A DNA stretch of 64,000 bases from Balanoglossus misakiensis (taxonomy: Eukaryota > Animalia > Hemichordata): assembly GCA_040954595.2 (NCBI GenBank), contig CM082577.2, forward strand, positions 3,968,305 to 4,032,304, given 5' to 3'. The notes beneath the pieces were generated by a model that had not been told where the DNA came from, made no database searches, and saw only the letters and a program-made list of their open reading frames with translations. A program made the translations under genes and the position numbers. How positions within the stretch are numbered: the stretch's first letter is position 1; the number at the start of each line of letters is the position of its first letter. This document shows positions 53,638-64,000 of this stretch, piece after piece.

Positions 53638-54748
53638 TGTCAGCAAAAATTACTCTGTTCATTAATTTGAAAATAAAACAGCATTTATTCAATGATGTCA
53701 ATCATATACTTATCTGTGATGCAATGTTGATCAGCAACTTCACAAATTTCAGCAAAAGCCATGTTGAAACTATAAAGTGTTTTCCATGCAAAAAGGAACA
53801 AACCATAAATTGAATATTCTGATAGTACACATGGATAATTTCTTTTCTTTTTGCCTTATTATATAGTTCTCCATATAAAATATATCCATTGAGTAGCACT
53901 TGAGAAGCCATTGACAGAAGGTGTGATATTCGTGGATGTAACAAAAAAGGTGTTGTCAGCAGAATTTTGAATGAATTAAATTTTCGAATTAGATAAAATG
54001 ATAAGGTATCAACAATGGCCGCTCCACTTCATAGACAGTTATACTGCCAATGTTTTATTTAAACAATCTATTACTATTTTCAGGCACCTGGGTGTCAATC
54101 GGGGACCACCCCCTTTATCAGTAAACCTCGAAGAGACACTTCAATTAAACTTCATTGTTTATTGACAGTGACGTCATTCTTGTACTTCTGGTGACTAATT
54201 TTGATGACTAACACTCGGGGAAAAGCTGTCCAATGTTTACAGCAAATACAATACTTATATTAAATGGTGACATTGGGGTATTGTTGGAAACCCTATAAGC
54301 ACACACTGAGTGAGGAACAACATCCACATCTGACGTATTACGTAACGTGACAGTATCTACAAGTTGCACGACACACAAACAGATGGCCCCTGCATGGACA
54401 GTTCACAGTGTTTGTTTTCAATTCGGAACTGACGTGCACTTATGAAAAACCATTCCGCTGATTTTTAACACATTCAAATACAGAAGCGGGGGGCTTAATG
54501 ACATTTAATTTAATGATTTTCTCAAAATATTCTCAATATGGCGGTTGGAAATCTGCACGGGCGACGTAAACAATGCACGTATCATATGGGGGAAACCCGG
54601 AAGAGGCCTACTGGGGGAAAACGATTTACAATCCAGGTGGTTCAGTTTTCCCAATGCAACAACACACGCACAAGGAAAGGGAACATCTTGGAATCCGTAC
54701 GTACCTTTACATTTCGTAGAAATGCCACACAAGCAAGAAAAAATTACC

Positions 54749-55817
54749 TAAAATTGCACTGACAGACAGGTGACTACGACTTGTTCGGGCACGCCATATT
54801 GGAAAATCACAAATATCGAGATATCGCGAAATATCGCAAAACTTCAACGAGACTTCATTTTCGCTGGCTCAGCGCAGCAAGCGTAACCTTTGCATGACCT
54901 CAACTTCGACTAGCTCACGTTTATTGAGGGAATTTTAAAGAAAATACTTATATTATTAACGGAAAACTATGAATATGATCTAAATAGATAGAAGAAGTGT
55001 TTTGGTGTGAATTTTATACAATCGAGTGACTGAAACTTATTCTTATAGGTAAAGGTAAACGGTATCCTCTCGTATATGCTGACCTCCCCCAAAATGATTA
55101 ATGTAGTTATCCCTCGTGCGGCCGTGATTTTCATCGTCGGAATCCCGCTTTCCACACGGAGCTCGCCATTTTGGAGAGAAAGAAGGAAAGAGTTCAGTGT
55201 TCTTGGAGTACCTGTGCTTTCAAGCTGTACGGTTTGAACACAGATTATACTACCTGCAAGCATCATAGTTGTACTGTTACAAATGTAATTTGATTGTGGA
55301 GATTCATAACCTTCGAAGACTCCGTGACACAATCGACATCACGAGATCGCATGCACGAATCTTTTCCCCGCTTCCAGTTCCAGTTCGGTACGATCAACAT
55401 ACAGTATGCACCCTGGAATATCTGATCCGGCAAAATATAAACACTTTCTTTGAGATTTACGACAACGCGTGTCTATATGGCCACCAGTACCGCATCGTTG
55501 TTTATCAAGAACAGAGAAGATAACCGATTTGGGTAGATCATCATACGTTCCCATTTGAAAGACATTGCTGATTCAGCATTTGCCGTCTTGACTGTTGAGT
55601 GTTGTGTCGCATGTGGATTTTTTGGACCAGTCCACATTGAGAAAACAATCGGATTTTCTCCGGCTGGTTGGTATACTGAACCCAGGAGAAAAGTCTATTG
55701 TGCAGTTTTGCAAGAGCTGGTGTAGTGACTTTCCTTTCCGAGGCCCTGCCCAAGAAGCCCTAAAAGGTTCAGTTGCAGTACAATCCGTCGTCCGATCGAG
55801 AGAACAAAAGACCAACC
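54749..55817. promoter_or_regulatory. Bidirectional promoter / 5'UTR region shared by HELZ (-) and RBBP6 (+)
   Basis: CpG-enriched relative to the flanks; probable HELZ non-coding first exon with donor near 54748; YY1-like GCCATATT (54793) and GCCATTTT (55165); TCGCGA-type motifs near 54824. Confidence 0.55.
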
Positions 55818-58800
55818 ATGTCTTCAGTACATTACAAATTCAAGAGTAGCGTAGACTATGACACTGTAACATTCGACGGACTTCACATTTCCCTTGGTGA
55901 CTTGAAAAAAGCAATAATTTCTCAGAAGAAGGCAGGGAAATCCGTGGACTTCGATTTGCAGATCACCAATGCCCAAACGCAAGAAGGTAAGTAACTGAAT
56001 GTGTGTTTGTTGTTGTTGTTTGGGGGGGGGGGGGGGGGGGGGAGTAGCCCTGCAGGTATGTTGAAAGTGTCCAGCTCTACCCAAAGCCGGAAACTTTCAC
56101 CACACTCGTAGGGCTAGGCTAGTTACAGAGGGACTATTCTTGCCATTGTTAATAAGGCATATGGTGGTAACATTTTTTACCAGTCCTCCAGTATAAGAGG
56201 GGAAAAACACAAACAAGGGACCACCCACTGTGAGACTATAAACTACAACTACACATACCAAACACCATACCAGGAATTTTACATTATCCATTTTATGAAG
56301 GGGTTTCTAACATCCCCAGACTGTTGCTGGCAATTTCTGTTATACGGCTACTGATTATAACTTTGGACAGCAAGTAAAATATTATGTTCTTATGTTATTT
56401 GCAGAATACAAGGATGACACACACCTTATTCCAAAGAATGCCTCTGTTATCGTTCGAAGGGTACCCATAGGTGGCCTCAGAGCCAACATCAAAGTGTAAG
56501 TACCTTTCATGCTCAATATTATTACCATATCATACTCGATATGGTTTTGTGAATTGATACACTGACCAACAAACCATTTTCATCTGTGACAAATTCATAC
56601 TACATGGTGATGTAATTTCTGAGAAAAACCATAAAATTTTGATGGCACGCGAAGTGAAAATTATCCCCCCACAGAATTGTAATAAAATTTAATTCTGAAT
56701 TTACCCTTTCAATTTAAACCAAGTTCTTCCTTACAATGCGCATTTTGGTTTTCATGTTTTATTAATTATTTTTTCTTCATATTTTTCTTGCAGGGAGCCT
56801 ACTGATCTGAATGGTTTACCAAATCAAAAACCAGTATGTAATAGTATCATTAATGATTGCGTTGATAATTTACGGTCGAGAGTAAGCCTTTATGTTTATT
56901 AATGTTAATTTTTTGTGTCTTTCTAATGGTTGGTGCTATTGAGCTGTATCAAGGAGGCGAATTGTTTGATGAAATCAATGGTATCTTCCATTTGAAGCGT
57001 TCTGTCAGTGTGTATGTGTTCGTCTGAGATTTTTTTTCGCAACCCAGTAACGATCGCACGATTGCCGACAAGAGTACTATCTCAAACTTTTGGGATAAAA
57101 TCAGTACCGTCTTTATTTAGTTATTTCTGTTGCTGGGCGAAGGTAGACCAAAATGCAACCTGGAATAGTAGTGTAGTGATGGTCTTCCTGAAGCCAGTGA
57201 CTGTTAGTCCAACTTCTTTGTCGCTAGGCTATTCCTTCGTATGTAACTTACAAGTCTCTCCATAGTGAAGATATGGTTTTGCAAGAAGTAATATACAATC
57301 AAGAGAAGTTTCATTTACATTTGCAATAATACATTGAAAATATCCCATTTCTATACAGTGCTAGTATATATTTATATAGTATAAAATTCTATTTTTATAT
57401 AATTATTTATGCATTCTGTCAGTTTAATTTTTTGAAAGGTGAATAAAGCTTGATAGGATTCAAAGAATCCTTTTCTGTGTTCTCTGTTTCACACCCTGTG
57501 TTTATCAGTAACATTACCCCCGGGGTAAAATATTCTTGCCAAATCCATTCGGTACATGTGAATCAAATTAGATCTCCTGTGATTTTTTTGCAACATTATT
57601 TTCCAGTGACATAACAGATTTTGTTGCCTGTTTTTCCATCTTTACTCTCAAATGCAAATAGGGTGGTTGATTTTGTACAGAATTCTCCTTTTTGTATTTT
57701 ATGGATCTAACTAAAACTTCTGTGACTGTTGATACATTTGATGAAGAACTTAATGTTTGCATGAATGAATGTAATATATACATCTTGTCAGGTTTAGCAT
57801 GCAGAGTATATGTAAAATAATCCAAGAAGTTCCAATGATGTGTTCTATGCAGGTTACCTGACAACTGGATCTGCAATCATGAACATCATGCGAACTAACT
57901 TGAATATTTACTGTTTATTTAACACATGCATCTCTGTATGCCTGAGACCCACTGTCGAAACATGTATTTGAGAAATCAGTATTTCCCTGAAATTAAGTTT
58001 TCTTTGCAATGCACCATTCTGGCTGGCTTTCACTGTAGCTTTTTGTCGGAGGTGTGTTGTAAAACTTTAAAAGCAAATCACCTTATATATTTGTAGGGAT
58101 TTCTTTTCTTTTTTGTGGGAGAAATTGATGCATTTCTTTCGGTAGAGTGTATTAGTGAATACCACTAAATTTTTGCATGTGTTAATGTCACATAATTGAT
58201 AAGTGGTGGTACAAGTTCACTGTTCAACTAAATGGCCCGAGTGTACTAAAATATACTTTCTTGTGGCCTGTGTAATGCAGTATTTTGTGAAAGATTTCAT
58301 CACATTCAGTTTTTGGCCCAAGATACATCATATCAAACCTGTTTCCTTGTATTGTATGGGTACTTGGCAGAATTTGGGTATATGATTTTTAAAACCTGTT
58401 CCAGGGCAATTACTTGTCTGTTTCACAAATATTGATTATAAATACTGTAACCACCACGTTGTATTGTATTGTTCAGAAGAATGCCAAATTTCTTTATGAC
58501 AAAATATCTGCTCACAAAGTCAAAGGATTGTTGTACTTGTACATGTTTGCTACGGACATACAGATTGTCTTGTATAGTGGAAGCATGTCTTCAAATGATA
58601 TGAAATGTATTGCCAATATTTTTTACATCTCTTTATAGCTACAATGGATATTTCAGTGGCAACCAAAATATTTTCAATTTCAGTATCATTCTGAAACTTA
58701 CACGTGTTGATTTTTTTTCTTTCAATATTTTTTTAATGCCAAAGTACTTGTACAAGTGTTATTTTTTTATCAATTCTCACAAGTCTTAACTGGTTTGTTT

Positions 58801-61800
58801 CATGCATAGATTACAAGGAAGTAATTTTTGTCAAAAAAAGAGAAGTTGCTTTCGTAATGAACATTGTGTCCTGTTTCCTGTTTTGACGGAAGGAAGTAGG
58901 GGTGAAAGGATTAAGCTATTCTTGTTTCCAACTTCTGGGTTAAAAATATGTACAAGACATCGATACGTCAGTAAACGTGCATGGTTTCCATTGAACAGTG
59001 TCCACTACTTCAAATACGACTATCTGTAATTAATAATATATCATGCTCAGGAAATTCCTGTTGTGAAGTATCGCAAACTTGCTTTCAGTCACTAATATTT
59101 CTGTTTCACTTTCATATCAATTTTGTGATTGTACAGAGAGCCTTGTACATTTTGAACTCCATGATTGAGCCAAATGGTCAAGGGTTTCTGGTACAGAATG
59201 TGTAATGAAGCTTTCGATTTCAATTGTAGCTGGCTTTACCAATATCACATTTGATGGACAATGAATAATTCTACTAAAACTCGCACGTTTCAGAATTTCT
59301 TGACATTTCAATATTTTATTTCCATTGATTATGCTATGTTTGTGTGTATGTATGTAATCAACTATATTCTACATTTGTGTGGAGTGTGGACTAGCTTAGT
59401 CTACACAAAATAGTGATGATGCTCAAGCCTAGCAGAAGACTGCTGATTATGAAGAACAAATTATATTGTCAATACATGTACTGTATTGAGTGTATTTTTA
59501 GACCAGCATCACTAAGCTCATTTCAAGTGATTCAGAAAAGGGAAATGTATTATGGGTAAAATTTGTGTGTGAGTGAATGTACGACGGTACTACCGGTATT
59601 TTTAAGATCTTTGGGTGTTTTAGATGCTCGCACACAGCTTTCAGGTGCACATTTTGCCCATTCTGTGTGTTTACTTTATAACTTGGCTTTCTTATACCAC
59701 ACCTTCATTGTGGCCCTTTTCCATGTATCAGTTTTACTGCCAGAACACCACTTGTAAACAGCGGCATTTGATGATAAACATTCTAATGTTTATTATGCTT
59801 AATTTAAAAAAAAATAACTGTTAAAATACCTGTATACAGATGTTTTAAATGTAATATTTTTAACTGAATTACACTCACAATTTCAAATGATTCACCATAA
59901 ATCACGAGTCAAGTCCTTGTGTAACCCAGTTCTACAAATTATCCATAATTACCTTGGCCATTCAATTTTCAAGTGTTTGTGAGGCGAGAATGAGTCGGTC
60001 TTTCTTCTGATCAAAGATGCACATGAAAATGATGCTCTGGTAGATTATACCAAGAAAGTTAAGAATTATAAATTTGGACCTTTAAATATCAATGAGCATT
60101 GGAATTATCCATTCAATCAATTAATCTGATTAAAATGCGCTGACTTTTACCTTCACTTTGTGTTTTTGCTGTTCTGGTTTTGCTGCTACCGCCTCTCTGC
60201 ATCTGACCAACTACCGTAGGATGTTGCCTTTAAACCCCGCGCTTTGGGCAGGACTAACTACCAAACAGACTTTGCCTTCTTGCAGCGAACAGGCCCAACA
60301 GTGAGTGTGAGTATGAATTGAAATCGCACAGTCAAAACACATTTGCGTCCGATCATCCACCAATGCTCATATTATCATAGCGGCCGTTGAATTACAGCAA
60401 TGAAATACTATTGCTCTAAATTTTGAATGTAGAGAAGTCAAAATTATAGATCATAGATGCCTGCAAGCGGCAACTCATCAATTTTGTACAAAGGACTTTC
60501 GTGCCAAAACATTTTTACTATCAGAAGGGGATAACCTTTCCCAACCCTCTTCCTACTGGTCTCTTTTCTCCACTTTTCTGATATCTCACCTACTTCAGTG
60601 TTGTTACAACACAACACAATCAGGTCAAGCCCTTTACACATCTGTCCAGCCAGCTGGATGACCCACGCACATTGTAAACACACACTGCTAGACTTTGGCT
60701 ATACATCTGTATGTGTTGGTATACAGGGCAACGTAAATAAAGTTATTTTGGAAATTGAATGTTTCCGATTGTGCACTTGGCTAATTTAAGTATGTATGGC
60801 AGAAGGGGCAGCTGCAAGTTGGGTCTTTTCTTCTGACTGCAGGCAATAAGCATATATGCACGTAAGGGCTGTAAAGGTTTCATCAAAAATTTATGGAACA
60901 TAAGCATGTAGAAGCGGGAATGCTTGAAACGCCTTTTTTGAAGGAATGTGGATTTGGGCAAATTGGTTATTTGTGCATGTGATTTGGTGTGGTTGGTCTG
61001 GGACTCATAAAACACAGGTCCATTTTAAATAGCATTTTACAGTTTTTCTATAAGCGCACTGGAAAATATGTGTTTAGGCAGATAGTGGGTTGCTGAAATG
61101 CATGCAAACAATGCATGCTTAAGCTTGTTATTTGTCCTGGAAATAGTTGCTATGACCATTTCCTATGTCATGTGATTCATCCTGACCATTCATATCATGA
61201 GTAAAAAAATTAGTGCTCAAGTTATTGAAAGTTGTATTATTCAAACCCTAGTTCTTTTATATGAAGATTGTTTACGTGGTATGTTTTTTGATATAAAATA
61301 AATGATGCAGATCAAAACATAGATGTATAGAAACTGACTTCTCTTGTTCAATCCAAGCCAGATACAAGTGTGTGAGGGTGTGTGTGAAACCCACACCTAG
61401 TGAAATAAAAGTTAAATCAATCTCTGTGTTGAAACTGAATGGATTTTGCAAGATATAACATCAGAGGGCCAGCCATGCACACAAATGACGTGTACACTTT
61501 TGCAAGTACATGTACACCCACATTATTTTTAAGATGCGTCTCCTGAAGTTCTCTGTTTCCATGGTGACAAAGATGAAGACTTTGGAAACTAGCAGGGTGC
61601 TTGATCGTGGAGGAGAGCCACATAAAGAGCATATTTTCATATTCCTAACAATCATGTCATTCTCTTATCAACCCCTAACAGAGTGAAGACCATGGAGGTC
61701 GAACCATGTCTTTAGAAAGACTAAGTCAGGTATATATTACACAAAAATACTCTTTTACACATTTATCATACACCACATCTCAAAAAATTTCTGGTGATTT

Positions 61801-63982
61801 GCATTGTATCATTTTAAGTCTGTGGAAGGCTTGTTTGATTGTGTGAATGGAGTAATGGGAATTTACATGTACTGTGTACTTCCTTACGTCGTACTTTGCA
61901 GTTTTCTGTACATAAATTCCTCATGAATCACACTTTTGGATTTCAAGAAGTTAGGTTGGGGTTTATGAAAAGAAACTTGAAACATTGTGAACCAGCCTTT
62001 TATTTAGTTTATATAAATCTGTGTTCTGTACCTGGTGACCTTTCACCTTGACAGATATGTGTCGTCTGCCAATCACAAGGGAGTGCTGAGATTGCTTATT
62101 GTTTATTGGACATTAGATGTATTCAATCAATCTGTGTCAGATGTATAGTCAGTCCACTTCTTGACTGATACTGTACATTTTATTGCAATATATGAATGAT
62201 ACTGCATCATACAGGATTTCACAGTAAGGGAAAGGCGTGCATAGTTTCATTTATATATGAACAGCCATAGACCCTAGGGTCAATGGTACAGCATTGTATT
62301 TAATTGCAAGATTACCAACAAAATTTGGAGTACATTGTCCAACCTGTTTATGTCACAAAACATGGTAATTCTTTGTTTAATGTGATTATGCATATGTTAT
62401 AAATCTTTGTCGTCTTTCATTACTGAAAAGACAATATTATGCTCTATTCTTCCTACTTTTCAACAATGCAACATTGTCAGAGAATTTTTTGAGGTGTGTT
62501 TAACAGCTGATATTAAATTAGTCACATTTGTGTGACTGTCTGTTGTCAACTGCCATTTTCTTGCCTTCATTTGAAATCCATGTAATCACACCTTTTGATA
62601 TTTATTGAAAAGACTGAATAAAGACTATTTTATTTATTCCTTGGTTATGGTATAGTTTGCTGTGTGGGCCAGTGTTTCTTTGAGCATCCTTGCAGTATTA
62701 AGACAGAATGAAAAACATAGTGAAGAAAGAATTTTGTCCAGAGTGAAATCTCTGCCTGAAAAACCTTTTATATTTCCCCCATTTGCTTGGAGTGTTCAGT
62801 GCAAACTAGTTGTCAAAGCATTTTCCAGACAGACTATTCAGTAATCTAGAATTGCCAAATGCAGTTACAACACAAGATGATCTGGCAAGGTGGTCTTGTG
62901 TTGTCACTGCATGTGGCAAAAGAGTGTTTAACAGGAAAACATGTTAGCTAGAATTGAGAAAAATTCTCATGTATATCTGCATGCTGTTGACAACTGGTGA
63001 AGCACAAAATTTTGAGAAGCACAAAGGCCAATGAGGAAAAGTCCATTTGCACATCAGTTCACTTCTAAAGCAACCCAATCATCCAACTCGCTAATATGTG
63101 ATCTGATATGCACTGAAACGATCAGTCAGACCAGCCCATAGTGATAGTCAGTTTTTGGTATCAGTTTGTAGATTATTAAAATCAGAGAACATTTTTCCAG
63201 TGTTTTAAACTTTAAAAAAACCTTGCAATCAACTGCAGGATGTTATGTTACAATATATATTTAGATGTCTACAGCCAAATAAAGTATGTAATAGTAATGT
63301 CTACTTTTGAGATATATGGTATATGTATATGCACTGTTTTTTTCCAACAGACTGCTGATCTAGTGAGTGCCAATGCATCAGAACACGACAAAATAACTGC
63401 CATGATGCAGCAGTCTGGTAAAGATTATGACCCTACAACGTAAGTATTTACTTCAGTGGTTGAAATTACCGGTACTGCAGATTTCTAGACCACTAGATAA
63501 ATGTTCCTGATGGTCAATGTGTACCTTTTGATCTGCAGGTATGTCAAGTCGCGCTATGCACCAGGACCACCGCCCGCCACATACGTGTGTTTCAGATGCA
63601 AGCAACCAGGCCATTACATTAAAAACTGCCCAACAAACACGGTAGGTACCGGTATTGTAAACATGTGTTGATTTGCGAAAGAAAAACTGTGACAAGCCAT
63701 CAATCAGAAAAGGAGAAGTAAGTGAACTACAAGTCCAAGGTCACTCACACTGCTACTCATTTAGCTAAACCCACCCACACATGCTTAAATTTTCATCTCT
63801 GAAAATCTGTGATATTTCTATCTTTTTATCTTGTGTGTGACGCAGGATGGCAAACAAGATGTGCGACCACCCAAGCCCAGCAGTGGTATTCCTCGGAGTT
63901 TCATGAAAACTGTGGACAGTGCGTCTCACCGCGGTGCTATGATTACATCGTCCGGCTACTATGCTGTTCCAATCATTGATGA
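55818..63982 (+). CDS. RBBP6: E3 ubiquitin ligase / cleavage-polyadenylation factor RBBP6 (Mpe1 orthologue), 5' part; continues beyond window
   Basis: Exons 55818-55986 (MSSVHYKFKSSVDYDTVTFDGLHISLGDLK, DWNN domain), 56405-56495 (LIPKNASVIVRRVP), 56794-56833, candidate 60220-60300, 61682-61729, 63351-63439 (ANASEHDKITAMMQQS), 63539-63641 (zinc knuckle CFRCKQPGHYIKNCP), 63846-63982 (SGIPRSFM). Confidence 0.95.
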
Positions 63983-64000
63983 GTAAGTACTTGTGGTTTT

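Noticed and set aside
1-64000. tRNA, rRNA, snRNA genes and autonomous transposase or reverse-transcriptase ORFs
   Set aside because: None recognised by eye; tRNAscan-SE and Infernal would be needed to exclude small RNAs such as intronic snoRNAs.

Overview
Eukaryotic, AT-rich, intron-containing animal genomic DNA. The gene set and repeat types suggest an invertebrate deuterostome, but the species cannot be determined from the window. Left to right: 3' part of a stand-alone formiminotransferase (FTCD N-terminal-like) gene (+); a 2-exon CHST1/3/5-type carbohydrate 6-O-sulfotransferase (-); a 3-exon orphan class A GPCR lacking the aminergic Asp3.32 (-); two tandem 8-exon gamma-glutamyl hydrolase paralogues (+), the second lacking a signal peptide; NUP85 (-); two paralogous genes I cannot name that encode small proteins built from a 6-Cys module, one apparently secreted with twin NF-kB sites in its promoter and one single-pass membrane (+); HELZ (-); and the 5' part of RBBP6 (+), head-to-head with HELZ. 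Non-coding parts hold a TTAA piggyBac-like MITE family, a Helentron/HINE-like element, several foldback elements and microsatellites. The best candidates for something undescribed are the Cys-module soluble/membrane gene pair and the signal-peptide-less GGH duplicate. All exon models were derived by eye from GT(GC)-AG sites and frame continuity; no database search was run.
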